DNA from: Camelus ferus | Taxonomy: Eukaryota | DNA length: 64,000 nucleotides | Reading direction: 5' to 3' | Assembly (NCBI RefSeq): GCF_009834535.1 | Contig: NC_045696.1 | Coordinates: 14,696,001-14,760,000 of the forward strand | Shown here: positions 24,211 to 38,015 of the stretch, one piece after another | How positions within the stretch are numbered: the first letter of the stretch is position 1 | Layout of the letters: the number at the start of each line of letters is the position of its first letter | Notes under the pieces: generated by a model | Database searches by the model: none | What the model saw: only the letters and a program-made list of their open reading frames with translations | Told to the model about the DNA's origin: nothing | Program-made: the position numbers and the translations under genes

Positions 24211-26319
24211 CAAGGCTATGTCTGAAAAGCAAAATGTAGGCAACCAAACAGTTATTTTGTGATATCCTTGAGTCTGCTTTGGAGTCACAAAAAAAAGTGA
24301 CACAAATTAATATCATTATAAACTACTAAAATTAGCAAATCTGCCATTTCAGTATATAGTTGTGCTACAGCATTTTAAGTATAACATTTATGAATTTGTA
24401 TGGATTATTCATATCTTTGGACATAAAATTACAACAGGAGAATAGAAAGAAACATTTTTAAAATAACATATATTTACACTATTATTTTACAATATCCCAA
24501 AATTCAACCTCAAATAAAGGTTGATAGTAAATGTAATCTGCATTATAGTTTATGTCATTTCTGGTGAATTAAATTATTTGCACATATGATAAATGCTTGA
24601 ATAATTTGTCACAGAAAAATTTCTTAATGTCTACCCTTAGTAACATTAAATGGCACCACCATATGCTAATTTAAATAATACATCTTTGGAAACTAATCTA
24701 ACAGAAATTTCTCATTCTTCCCTTTATGGGAAGAATACTTAACAGTCTATATTCTTACTAAACTTATTTTGTTTTTGCTTTATATCATTCTTTGTGACAC
24801 CAAAAATTGTCTCTATATTGTGTAATCTATGTGAAAAAATTATAGAGTGAAACACATTTACCTTGAAGTATGAAAATGAACTTCTATCCTTCTTAGAGAA
24901 CATTGTAATATCCAGCTTTAAAGGCTTCTCCTCAGAGTAAAGAAAATCTTTTTATTACTCACTATAAAAGAAATGTGTCTATGTCAAGATCTCTCTAATA
25001 ATCTGGACCTGTTCTTGATGTCTTTATATTAACCAGTGTCAAAGGTTCATGAGGTTTAAGCATAGTATGCCTCATTCTCTTTCAGGGACTGAAACCGTGA
25101 AGAGATATCCTGAGAGGAAAACCTACTTTATGTTTAAAGTAATTTTGAAAATATTTTGTCTTTTTCCCATCAGTCAGAGCTAATGTGGAAATTCATATTG
25201 ATTTTATTTACACTACATGACTTGTACTTCAAGGATGAAAAAAGTATTTCATTTTATTTTCCTTTTGAAAACTCGATGTGTGCATTCCAAAATACACCTA
25301 ATATCCAAAGCAATCACTGAAAAAGTTGGAGAATCAGGGATTACAACTGAGATAAAATTAATGAGAGTTAAATTAATGAAAAATGAAACAGTATTGAAAT
25401 TATTTGCTAATTGAACATTAAATTTCTCTCAAAGTTTCCAATGTAGTATATGAATTAACATCAATTAAATTTTTCAAACTTGTAAGAGGTATCTATGTTC
25501 TAAAAACTAACCTGATGGTGTTGGTTTGCAAAGGAAAGGGCAAGAGACAGTATCAGTAGCCACACTTAGAACAAGGGGGAGTCAACAAAGAGTCGCCATA
25601 TTGCCTTAGAGGCTACTCCATGAAGGCAGTTGATTTTCTACTTAATGTATCTGACTAGAGAAAATTTTAAACATTTTTGCTTGGAAATTCCAAATATCTA
25701 GCTCTTGGTGAGTATGCTTTAAAGGCTGCAAGACCTGGAGAGATGGGAGGTCTTTTTTGAGATCATGTGAGATTAAGTCAATTACCTTGTACTGCTAATT
25801 CACTTAGTGTAAAGCCCCGGTTATCCCCACACAATTTTAGGAGTATAGGTAGCAACAGCACAGTGAGAATGCAGACTGTCAGTGGGTGAAGTTGTCTGAT
25901 GGAGTTCCCAGACAGAACTTCTCCTGTTTACTCCAACTTTAGGCTTTGTTCTTAAACAAGAACACAAGCTAGTTAGGGGAAAAAGACATTTTCCTCTCTT
26001 TGTCTTTAGAGAGGTTGAGGGTGTCAAAGCTTCTGAGTAAAAGAACAAGGGGGTTCCAATAGCATATTTTATAGCCACACATCCCCACCACTTATCCATG
26101 TTCCTTTTATCAGATGGGGTTCCCTTAACTTACCCATACCTAGATTCTTTCCGCTCATGTGGCCCTCACTGATTTTCACCTTTTTATGAAAATTCATATG
26201 ACAGAACACTGTGCTGGGGTACTCTTGGCAATTCCTCAAGTAAAACACATTCTAAAACATTTTTTGTAAATTCCATTTTTTCAGTTATTTCAGATTCCAT
26301 GTTGTAAAGTGAACTTTAT

Positions 26320-26440
26320 AATACTATTTATAGTACTATAATACATTGCATATTACATATATAGTATTTTAATGTACTATATATGTAATATGTACTATAT
26401 ACATATATACCATATATGTAATGTACTATATATGTAATAG
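26320..26440. repeat. AT-rich low-complexity repeat with perfect 18-bp inverted repeat
   Basis: catattacatatatagta (26349-26366) / tactatatatgtaatatg (26375-26392). Confidence 0.9.
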
Positions 26441-26503
26441 AATAATTGCTGCCATTTACTCAATGTATGCATGTGCAGGTATATTTTAATATGTACCACA
26501 TAC

Positions 26504-26646
26504 TTTTTTAATTTTAATTTTTTTTTTTTTATTTTGGGAGTAAGTATTTAGTTTTATTTATTTATTTTAATGGAGGTACTGAGGATTGAACTTAGGACCT
26601 TGTGCATGCTAAGCACATACTCTACCACTGAGCTATACCCTCCCCC
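26504..26646 (-). mobile_element. Vic-1-like tRNA-derived SINE
   Basis: 'tggaggtactgaggattgaac...tctaccactgagctataccctcccc' preceded by poly-T. Confidence 0.9.
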
Positions 26647-26755
26647 AGTACTTTCAAAGATATGTAGGTATACTTTCATTAATCCTCAGAGGAACTGTAT
26701 GAAGAAACTATTGTCTAGAGGTAGAGTTTCATGCACCATGGAAGTTTACAGCTGC

Positions 26756-27155
26756 AGTAGATGCTGTGATCTCCTTTCCAGTCCTTCTGAAGGACTTAGT
26801 CCCCTAACTACTGGGAATGCTGATCAACAGAAAAGCTCTCAGCTGTCCATTTTCTTAAGAAACTGTCCTCGAGTAGAGAGCACTATCTTGTCCAAGACCA
26901 CTCCCCATCTTGGGGTCAGATCCTGTGCAATGAGTGGGGTGATGCAGTAATATAATGGTCCAGACCCCTTCTTGCTCCAAACGTAACAACTTCAAAGGGC
27001 CATTCCAGCTTCAGAACTCCCCGTGGGGTTGGCTGAAGCTTTTGTTCCCCTCTCTGCCCAATCTTGCTTCCTTTCGGTAGAGATCTGGTAGAGATCCCAA
27101 AAGCATTTCCCAATAAATATCCAGCAAGCTAATCTCTGACTTCAGAGTGTGCTTG
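26756..27155 (+). mobile_element. Old ERVL LTR (LTR16-like)
   Basis: 'ggccattccagcttcagaactccccgtggggttggctgaag'-like core and 'caataaatatcc..gctaatctct..cagagtgtgctt' end. Confidence 0.7.
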
Positions 27156-27309
27156 GTCACAGCAGCAGTGATCATTACAACTTATTGTCCTAAGACTCTT
27201 TTTTTTTTTTTTTTGCAAGGGAAAGTACACTAATTAGATGGAATGCAGGTACCACAGGCATAGACTGAAATCCTCCAAGTGAACTGAGACTTACAGTCAC
27301 TCTAGGTGT

Positions 27310-27640
27310 GAAGTAAAACAACCATGAGTTCAATACCATCTTACTAGTTGTGAAATGTAAGGCTGATTATTAACCTCGCTAAATTGCACTCTCCTCATGT
27401 GTAAAACAACATAAAACCTGTTTCAGTGGAGAACTGGAAGATTTGATAAAGATAATGTATATAAAACATTGGTATAATGCATGGGACTTCATACATGGTA
27501 GCTCTTATGATCATTATATCCTATTTTTAGATAAAATTATGAACATCAGAGAGACTAAATCTAAATGTTACACTTCTCATTAAGTGGAATGGCCAGGATT
27601 CAAATTCATTTTTCTGACTCCAAAACCTATCCTAATAACC
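27310..27640. mobile_element. Two MIR fragments in opposite orientation
   Basis: 'ttactagttgtga..ttaacctc..ctcctcatgtgtaaaa' and 'ccaggattcaaa..tctgactccaaa'. Confidence 0.55.
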
Positions 27641-30600
27641 AAGTAGCTAGATTACCTTTTTTATATACTTTTTCTGGTTATCCTTTAAAACCTCATCAAC
27701 TACTTCTCAGTGATTTGATGTATTAAGCACTCTTTTGATTGCAAGTGACAAAAACGAATCAAAACAAAAACCTCAAACACACAATTAAAAAAGGAATGTG
27801 TTCACTCCTGTGACAGAAAAGCTCAGGGGGTGTTCTGTGTTCAAGCCTGCTTGTTTCCACGTCCTTGGAATGTAATATGAGAACTTTACGTTTCTCATTT
27901 CATATCAGGCTGCTGTTTTCAGTGCTGGCTTTATTTTCAGTCGCACTTTTCCACATGTTTGGAAAGACGGCTATTAGCAGCTTCAGGCCTGTCTAGCATG
28001 TAGCTCCAGGGTTGAGAAAAGCAAAACCCGTCCTAATCCCTTACAAGACTTTTTCGGTCCTATTTGGCAACTATGCCCATCAGAATTTTATCCTTTCCCT
28101 TCTTTCTTTAACCTTCCAGACTTCTTAGCCTGCCTGTCTCAGCTAATGGCCTGATTTTTCATTTCACTGAGAAAATTAAAGCAATCAAAAGAAGAATAAT
28201 TTCCTGAAGCTCCCATCACCAAATCTGTCATATATCTGAATCTGAAATCATGTACTTGGTGTTCCTTTCTTTGCAAGAGGTTGGTCTGTTCAAGTTCTTA
28301 CCAAAGAACAAACCACATCCCATCCTCTTACTAGAGAACTTTTCCTGAAAATTATGCTTTTTGGCTTCTTACCCATAATTTCTGGCTTCTCCCTACACTG
28401 AATCATGCCCATCAGCATTTGTTTTCCAGGAAGTACTATGATTTAAATATTTCTTTTAATGCAATAAGTGAAAGAAAAGCAATGCTTCAATTTAGCCATA
28501 ATGATTGGTTCAGGATGTAAAAGTACCTTTTATACTGAGTTTGATTCTAGTGAAACGCTGTCTCCAAAATATAACTCTCCCAACATGCTCCTTAGTTTTT
28601 CTGCCTTTCTTCCTCGAAATAAACGTACCTGCTACTGTGCTGTTTTTCTGTTCCCTCAGATCCTCATTTTTCCCTAATTGAGATTGAACAGCAATGGTAA
28701 TTGAACAATCGGGTGAAAACTAACTCCCGTGATTGTGCTGGCTACTTAATAGGTAACACCTCCTGCTCAAGTTACGGAGGTTCAACCTACTTTAAAACTA
28801 CTGACCCCAAAAGAAGCTCAAGGAATGATTATTAAGGAGATGATTTTAGGTAATGCTTGTGAGCCCCTGAGGCAAAGTTGTCCAGGCAAGATTTTAGGCA
28901 TTTATTTTTACCAGAATTGACACATATTTGGTGTAGACAAGTTGGGGGGTAGGTAGTCAGAGATGGTTGCTTTAGAAAGTGAATTGAGTCTGGAAGTTTT
29001 CTCTTGAGTACCTATAATTGTGGAATAAAATAATGATGGAGGGGGAGGACGAGCCCATATGATGCAGTTTAACCTAAAATTTATCATTTCTGAGAATAGA
29101 AAAGGTATCAGTGAAGAAATGGTTGGTTTTCAAAAAGAAGCTGATATCCCAATGTCAATATTGATTACAAATGAGATCATACCTTAGAGATTGCAATGTT
29201 CATTCGTGTTGATTATCCTATTCAAAACTGACATAGCCTTGTAAAGTGACACTTGCTTTATTTTCATAAGATACAAAAACTAAGGCCAAGTGAAATGAAG
29301 TAACTTTCCTAAGGTCACCCAATAAATAAGTCAAACCTAGGCTATGTGTAAGGAAATAGCCACTGGGCTTTAGATGTATATGTTCACTATCACAGCATGC
29401 TCTGATTAATCCAAATGTGATTATCAGTGAAACTGAACATAAAGCCTGGCTCTCTTCAGAGTCTCAGGTGAGAAAGTTTAGTGTTTAAATGTTGTAGTAG
29501 ATTGCAAAATTTTTAGATATATATAGTATTATTATGGGTAAAAATATAGAGACAGGAGAGTGTGGTACTGTGCACAAGAGGCAAATTATATTTGAATTAG
29601 TGAATAGAATTTGAGCATGAGAGTCATTCACCATGTTACTTAGCACCCGTTAGGCATGAGAAATTGTGCCCAGGTGTGGGGATCTGATGAGGAATAAAAT
29701 ATAAAACCACTGCCTGCGTGGGGCTTACAGTCTCATGTTTATCAAATGAATATTCTTTAGGCAGCTATTGCTGACATAAACGGAATCAGTATTTCCCCTC
29801 TAATTATTAGTGATCATCATGGTAATGCTTGTGGTGACCAGTATCCCACATATTGTGGGTTTAGTGGCAGAAAATTTCTATTTGGGGACAGTCATAACAT
29901 AATTAGTCATTCACTAATTTCAGTGACAAAGTTTGAAAATTCTTCATATTGTTTGATTAAGAAGAGGGGAGAAATCAACATCATATTGTTCGTAGAAGAT
30001 AACAATTCTCTAGGTTGTCCCTAGTTTAAAAATGGTGAAATATTGATTTGATGGTGCTTAGGGAAAAATAAATAAAACAGACACTCATCTGCAGAGATTG
30101 CTCCTTCTTATTAGAGGGAATTAAACATGGACTTGTTTTCCATGAAAATAATTTGCTTTAAATTCTTGACAATGCCTGAAAGGAAAAAATATATTACTGA
30201 AATGAGCTTATCAAGTTGAAGAATATACGTAGGATATATAACGATAATAAATATTTTAAAAATTAAAAAAAAATAAGGAATAGATATAGAGAATCCATTT
30301 TGTGGGCATATGGTTTAGAGCATGCAATTTCAGAAATCATACCCTTGAAAAATTACTTGAAGCTAGTATGGTGTGATGTAGCCAAACCAAACAACATCAC
30401 TTAAATGCTTACCAAGAACCTACAGGTTTGAGAGAAAGGAAGGAATCCTGTTTCAGCTCCATAGAAAAATATGTGACAACTGTATGTCATATGTGGGAGG
30501 TTTATATCTAAATATTTATACGCTTGTAACTCACTTTGTGAGTATTAAACCTCAGGAAAAAAAGATAATCACAAGAGTCAGAAAATTCTAAAGTATCAGG

Positions 30601-30854
30601 GAGGAAATGTGAAGGAAAGACATGAGTTGAAGGGAAGTCTTAAGGATAAAAACTGTATCTAATAATTGATAGCTGAATTGGATTATGAATATTGAAGAGT
30701 ATTTCCTAAGATGCCAAGTTTAAAACTGAACTGATTATACATTAGACTTAAATCATATATATGTCTATGAAATTTTTTATCTTATAATTAGTACTTATTT
30801 ACAAGTACTAATGAAAATATTTTTATTTCATATTAAATTCTACTGTAATATGAA

Positions 30855-32760
30855 AGAGAAGTGACGTCAGTGAAAATGGTAAAGTAAGGGCATCTGAGAA
30901 TAATTTCCTCCATAAAAGCAGTGAAAAAACTGGCAAAAATAATCAGAAGCAATGTTTATATAACTGTAGAAATTAATCAAATACTTTCAGGAGTCTAGAT
31001 AGGGTTTATTAAATTTTTCTTAAAAAAATTAAAAAGGCTTAATTTTGGGAAAAACAGTGAGTTCTTTTTTTTTTTTTAATGGACTAACTTGATTTATTCT
31101 CATTCTTCTGTCTATAGTACCATGGTAGCCCTAAGACTAAATAGCCCTCAATCACTAAACACTAGTATTCTGGCAGCCACCAGTCTCATTCCCAGAGAAT
31201 GTCATTATTGGGCCTGGTGAGTAGCTCACTGAAAGACCCCACTTACTTCTGTCTCTATGTGACCTAACTTAGGGCTTGCCCAGTGGGAAAAGCTTTTCCC
31301 CAGGACACTTGTTGAAAATAGAGGTGATTTTTAAATTTCATGGTAGCCTGTGGTAGTAGATAACAGAACAAATAATAGGCTGGCCATGAAGCTTAAAAGA
31401 AAAAAGCTTCAAAGGAGATGTTCACTGGGGCTTTGAAAAGTTCTGACATGTTACTAGCAATAAAATAAAATAAAATAAAACAAAATAAAATAAAAAACAA
31501 TTCACACACAGGTGTATGGTGGTATGTATTCCAAGCACAGTGCCTATGTTCAAGAAAGTTGTTGGAAGGCTAAGTTCTCACCTCTGGCTGACCTGGAGGC
31601 TCCGGGAAAGAAAGTGAAGGCTAAGCAGAGTTTTCAACTGCCAGGCTGTGTTGGAGATATGATTCAAAATGCACATGAAGCTCCTCAGCAAAAACTGGCA
31701 GAATTATTGGATCCCAACATTTAATGCAATCTTTGTCCAGTCATTTACTGACCACTAAGCTAACCGAGAAGAGACTTCAATGTCCAAACATGACAAAGAA
31801 TAAAATCTTTGGAGAACTGGTTTAGAAAAAAATACTAAACAAACATTCTACAACAACAACAAACTGCAAAATAGACCCTAGGGAAGGGAAAGAATATAAT
31901 TTTCAGGGTTGTAAAATTTTATTATTCAAATGCAACAAACACTTACAAGACACAGAAACTAGAAAGTATGGCCCATAAGTAAGGACAAAAGCAAGCAATA
32001 GAAGTGTCTGTGAAATAACTTAGATTTTGCTTACTAGACAAATATTTTAAATCAGCCATCCTAAAAATATTTAAAGAACTAAAATAAACCATGTCTGAAA
32101 GGATTAAAGGAAAAGATGAGGATATCTCACCAAAAAAGACTATCAATATACAGATAGAAACTATAAAGAAGGAACAAATAAAATGATGGAATTTAAAAAT
32201 ATAATAAGTTAATAAAAAATTCACTAGAGGAGCTTAACAGTAGATTTAGGATAGGGAGAAGAAAAGAATCAGCCAACTTGAAGACAGGTTAATGAAATTA
32301 TCCAGTCTAAGGAATAGAAAGAAAAAAGAATGAAGAAAAATAAAGTCTCAGAGACTTGTGGGGCATCACCAAGAATTTGAAGATAGACAGATGGGAGTTC
32401 CAAAAAGAGAGGAGAGAGAGAGAGAAAAAAAGAGAGACAAGGGCATAAAAAAAAAAAATTTGAAGAAATAATAGTTGAAAACATAATTTGATGAAAAACA
32501 TTACCCACTCATACAAAAAGCTTAATGGATTCCAAATCAGAAAACAAACAACAACAACAAAAAAAACTGAGATCCCTACTTAGATAAATCACAACTAAAC
32601 TGTCAGAAGCCAAAGGCAAAGAGGGACTCTTGAAAGGAATAGGAGAGAAATGACTCATGATGTATGAGAGAGTGAATGAGCTTTTTCACTGATTTTTTTC
32701 TGGAGATTATGAAGGCTAGAAGACTCTGAGATGACATATTTAAGCTCTGAAAGAAAATGA
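30855..32760 (+). mobile_element. Old L1 5' region and ORF1 remnant
   Basis: 'ttcactagaggagcttaacagtagattt..gaagaaaagaatcag..cttgaagacagg' and 'tttgaagaaataatagttgaaaac' are L1 ORF1-like. The upstream part resembles an L1M 5'UTR. Confidence 0.8.
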
Positions 32761-32764
32761 CAAA

Positions 32765-33610
32765 TAATAATCATCAACAAAATGAAGAGGCAGCCTATCA
32801 AATGAGAAAATATTTGCAAATCGTATAGCTAATAAGAGGTTAATATCCAAAATATATTAAAAAAAAACTCATATAATTCAATATTAAAAAAAAACTGATT
32901 AAAAAATGGGCAGAAGATCTGAACAGACATTTTTCAAAAGAAGACATACAGATGGCAAGCAGATACATGAAAAAATATTCAGCGTCAGTAACCATCAGGG
33001 AAATACAAATCAAAACCACAATGAGGTATCATCTCACACTTGTTAGGATGGCTATTATCAAAAAGATAAGAATTAAGGATAGTCCAGGATGCAGAGAATA
33101 GGAAATCCTTATGCACTGCTGGTAAACATGCCAACTGGCACAGCTACTATGGAAAACAATATGGAGGTTCCTCAAAAAATTAAAAAGAGAATTACCATAT
33201 GATCTAGCAATTCCACTTCTGGGTATCTACCCAAAGGAAACAAAACCACTAACTCAGAAAGATATATGCACCCCCGTGTTCATTGCAACATTATTCATAA
33301 TAGCCAAGATATGGAAGCAATGTAAGTGTTCACCAGTAGGTGAATGGAAAAGGAGATATATATATACACAAACACAATGGAATATTAGCCAGCCACAAAA
33401 AGAAGGAAATCTTGCCATTTGTGACATCATGGAAGAACTTGAGGGCATTATACTAAATGAATTAAGTCAGATAGAGCAATAAAAACATCATATAATCTCT
33501 CTTATATGTGGAAACTAAAGAACAAAAGCAAAAACAAAAAGTTGAACTCATAGATACGGAACAGATTGGTCGTTACCAGAGGTAGGGGGTGAAGGTGGGC
33601 AAATGAGGGT
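32765..33610 (+). mobile_element. L1 3' end (ORF2 C-terminus and 3'UTR)
   Basis: ORF 33276-33482 MFIATLFIIAKIWKQCKC..ELEGIILNELSQ is the L1 ORF2p C-terminus. Confidence 0.95.
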
Positions 33611-33719
33611 AGGTAGGAAAGTTAGTTGACTCAGTGCACAATAAACCCCCACTTAAGCAAGAATAAGTCAATAAAACGAAGGCTCTTTCTTCTGGTCTAG
33701 TGATTTTTATCAATCTGAT

Positions 33720-34170
33720 TGCAGGCAGGAAAGAAATGGGAGACACACATTGGGTAATTGATAAGTATTTAATAAAAGCATTAATTACAAAGTTGTAGCA
33801 GAGTTTAGTGAAGCCAATGAGGGATGACCCAGTAACCTTGGGCAAGGAAGATAAGGGGGTCCTTACTCCTTCTTGGCCTGGCAATGTTAGAGGAAGGAAC
33901 ACTTACCAGAACTATGTAAGAAAGAAACTGTACTGACAGGGCTGCATAACATGAGCTGTGGCTTTTAGTAAAGTGATACAGTTAATCTACGGCTATCCAA
34001 CAGGGAGAGAATGCAACGGACAAATAACTCCAAACCCTCTTCCCACCCTCCATCCTCCAGCGAGTGCTTCTCACGGGCAGCACAAAGCCACCTGGAAGCC
34101 AGGGGATACCCACAAGGTCAGCTTCCCCAGGTGAGCAAAGGAGTCATCAAAGGCAAATTGAAAACATGGA
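33720..34170. mobile_element. Old ERVL-class LTR
   Basis: 'caggaaagaaatgg..cacacattgggtaatt..tttaataaa..ttacaaag' pattern. Family uncertain. Confidence 0.45.
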
Positions 34171-34584
34171 GCATACCAACCTAGAGCAGGTGGGTGACAG
34201 AGGACAAAGACTCTCCATTTGATGATAGGAGAACAGGAGTAATACATTTGAAGTTTGAGTCCCAGACCTGGAGGAAAGCGGCTGGAGAGCCTTGCTTAGA
34301 TTAGGTCTTCAGATCAGATTTGCTTTTTGGGTTTTCATGAAGAAGCAGTTGAAGTTGGGATTCCGCAGCATCCAATCCCTGATCTGATGGGGCTCACTCT
34401 CAATCTACTTACTACCGACAGCATCCATTCTGTGGGCGGAAGCCTGGTTTAGGAGTTCCCTGCTTTGTATCATGAGAGGGAAATTAGGATGGGAGAATGT
34501 GTGCTGATCCTTTATGTCTTTAGTTGGCCAGTTAGTCTCAAAAAATAGATTTTTAAAAATCTGTTTGTTTTTCAACCTGGAATT

Positions 34585-34716
34585 GACTTCTAACATGGCC
34601 TTCTGACATCTTGATTTTGGATTTCTGGCCTCTGCCACTGTGAGAGAATATATCTGTTGCTTTAAGCCTCCCAGTTAATAGTAATTTATTAAGGCAGCTC
34701 TAGGAAACTAATATAC
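34585..34716 (+). mobile_element. MLT1 LTR 3' fragment
   Basis: 'catcttgattttggatttctggcctc..actgtgagagaata..ctgttgctttaagcc..ggcagctctaggaaactaata'. Confidence 0.85.
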
Positions 34717-37700
34717 TAGGTATGTGGTCTTTCATTAAAACAAACCAGTGAGCACATAGTGTCCAACATAGGGTCATGCTTTCTTTATACTCTCATAATG
34801 AAGAAAGGACACTGAAGTACCTGTTCTGAGGGGATCCATTCACTCCTATTCTTGTCCAGATGTGAGGGGAACAATCTAAGTTACAGCAAGTCAGAGGAGG
34901 GTGCTTTGCAAGGGATGCTGATCCCACTCTCCGTGGCATCTCTGCCCAGAGGTGTGTCATGAGATCTTGTTCCGTCGGGGCCTACAGTCAAGCTGGGATT
35001 GCCTAGAAGCAGCTTCTTATGGGTCTGCTAGCAAGTACCATGCATGTGCTGTTTATCTACAGTCTAGAAAGTCACGTCTTTGAATACGCAAAATTCTTCA
35101 TTTGAAGGATAGACAGTGAGGATGTTATTAAACACATCCTGTTCCAGGTTGGGAACCCTGCACTGGGCTTCTGAATCCAAGCACAAAGCCATGCAAGAGT
35201 AGCCATCCTTGGCTGGGACACCCCGCAAGCTGCCATGCATGGCAGCGGCTGGTATGTGAGACTGAAAAAGAAAGTTTACCGCAGCAAAGTCTAAACAGAA
35301 AGGAAGATATTCTCAGAGATCTTATTCAAATTGCGGCACACAAAACTAATAATAACATAAGTAAATAAATAAATATCCCCACTACCTCAAAAAACAACAA
35401 AAATGGGGTTTTTGTCCTACACTCCTAATAAGAGAAGATAATAGCTGATAGGTATTTACTTTCATGGTAAGAATTCTCTTAATGGCTGAAAATAAAACAT
35501 TACCCTTTACCTAAAGAAGAGGATGATGGCTGTTCTATGATGCAAATGAAGGCCACCCAGCCTGAAAAAGGACTACTGGGTTCTGGCTCAGCATATGGTC
35601 TCCTATTTCCATGCCGGAGCACACAGCTGCCTGCATGTCCTGCCCATTGCTGCAGACATGACAATAATGTTTGGGTTAACTGATGAGCTTCTCCTTTCTC
35701 TCATGGATGGGCTTGCACGAGAGGACATCCTGTGTCCTGTGTCTTTTGTGTATTAAAGCAGATTGACCTTGCAATTAATTTCCAAGGTGACAGTAGTTAT
35801 TTTACTAGATGATAAAGAACAACAACAAAAGTCAGCCGCATGGATTAACACAAGAAGAGCCGTGGTACCAGGAATGGAGGTGCAGATGGAGGGACTGTAT
35901 AGTCAGCATACGCTTGTTGCCATGGAAATAACGCCGAAATAGAGCTCTGGGCAGCCGGTACAATTAAGAGTATTACCAGCCGTAACCGACCAAAGAACAT
36001 ATTTTGAAACACAGAAAAAAAAAAAAAAAGAAAGAAAAGGAATTAAAAATATGAACTGAGAGAACTGACATGACAAGACATGTTTCTGATAGTAATATTG
36101 AGGGAAATTCTATTTTCTGAGACAGGCATCTAGAATGTCTAAAGCCTGGAAATGATGGGGTTGAGTTAGATGACGATGTAGCACTGAAACCCTCTCATTA
36201 AAATACAGACCAGCATCAATCCTCAATCCCCTGCTGATATTTTTTGGCACTGTGTCTGTGTCTGAAGGTCAGAAAACTCACTTAGAATTCTCATGACTAA
36301 GGTAATTTCACTGACTTGGTCAAAGGGGTACTTTCCAATATTCTTTTACAGCACAATCTTTGCTAAAGAATGGCTCCAAAAGTCTCATATCTTATCCTAA
36401 ATCAAATCATACAGTCCGTAATTTCCTGGTATCCAAACAAACCCAATGGGCAGGCATGAACAAAATTTGGCCACAAACACTAGTAATCACTATTTTTCTT
36501 CCCAGCTTTAATAAGAGGCCTGTGGCTACAATGGCATTTGCCAACGGACAGAAGCCCTCATATCAACCTCAACCATGAATTCGATTTATTTTAAAAAGGA
36601 GCCATCTGGGTAACATCCACTGCCTGTGGTATGAACCTTGACCAGCCTAGCAGAGCCACCATCCAACAACAAAAATCCCCAAGTAAAGGAAAAAAAAAAA
36701 TCAACTAAATAACAAAGAAAATATGGGCAAAAAGAGATAAAGCAAAAATTTTTGAGTACGTAAGTTTCAGAGTTAATGCTCCTTAGCTATGGCAATTCTT
36801 TATTCCTGAGAGGTAAAATATTAGTCTTTCCGTCCTTCTGCTTTGCTTTGTCCAGAAAAGCAGTTAATGATGAGGATGATGATGACAAAATAGTGACAAG
36901 CACTAATAATTATTGGATCCAGGAACTGTATTAGATACTTTCTGTATTAACCCTTCTGATCCTCACAAGTGAATGCTCAAAAAGGTAGCTAACTGGCCTA
37001 CCCTCTCAGAGCCAGTAAATCTCCATCCTGATGGATTCAGATGGCTTGGTTCCTGAATGCTCCCTCCCAACCATTACGCTCTGCCATGTTTCACCTAACC
37101 TGTAGGAATCCACATAGTGGATGGAAATTATCTTTGATATGTAAAAACAATGGGGAAAATAAAACTAGCAACTAAAGGGGTTTCTCTACTCTCTAGAACA
37201 GGAGCAAGTACAGTAGCTTAGTGGTACCAAGATGCTACTGATCTTAATCCTACATCTTAGAAATAGAGGTGATCATTCTGGAGGATCTACCAGATGTCAG
37301 ACACTGCTCTATCAATTTCAACACAATTTATCTCATTGAATCAAGTATAAAACCGTAAGTTTGAAGAGTGGTTAAAGGAGTAGGTGAGCAATCTTAGTGT
37401 TTCCTTAACTTTATATATTTTTGGTTGTTTTATGTGTCTTTTTTTTTTTTTGATAATTAAACAATAAAAAAAAGTTGAATAACAACAGCTAGATTTCAAA
37501 ACCTGTGTTAATTTTTTAGAATGTATTCAATCACTAGTTTTTACTAATGGACTAGTTATTGTCAGAATGGCTAGGATTCCCTCCTCGACTATATAATAAT
37601 ATATTTTAAAATATGTATACATTCATGGGTCTCAAACTCAGAAACATAATTAGATTGAGGCTTCATATTCCTAATAGACTTATTCAAAAAGTATACTTTC

Positions 37701-37779
37701 TTAATTATTATTAATGTTCCTTATTTAAGATTAACCATGCAATAACTATTTGCTGCCCCATCACGCAAAATAAAATAAC

Positions 37780-38015
37780 TTAATATTAATGCCTACCAGG
37801 CACTTGCTTTGTGCCAAGTTCTGAGGCAAATCAATTAGGTCTGTTAATTGAATTAACCTCAAATTGCCAAATTATGTGGGTACTATTTCTATCATTCTTA
37901 TTTTACAGATGAGGAAAGAAATACAAGGAGAAATTAATTGCAGAGCTAGCCATGGGAAGAGAAGGGGACTAAGATCTGAATTCTGACAGCCTGACTTCAG
38001 AGCTGGAAATCTTAA
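37780..38015 (-). mobile_element. MIR SINE
   Basis: 'attttacagatgaggaaa' core and 'cagcctgacttcagagc'. Confidence 0.7.

Noticed and set aside
23886..24303. Three ORFs of 110-137 aa (FLSF / KKER repeats)
   Set aside because: They are translations of the TTTC/TTCC microsatellite.
24862..24961. Minus-strand 100-nt exon (tttcttttatag ... AAG|GTAAAT)
   Set aside because: All three frames are closed and no partner exon was found. It cannot be told apart from a pseudo-exon.
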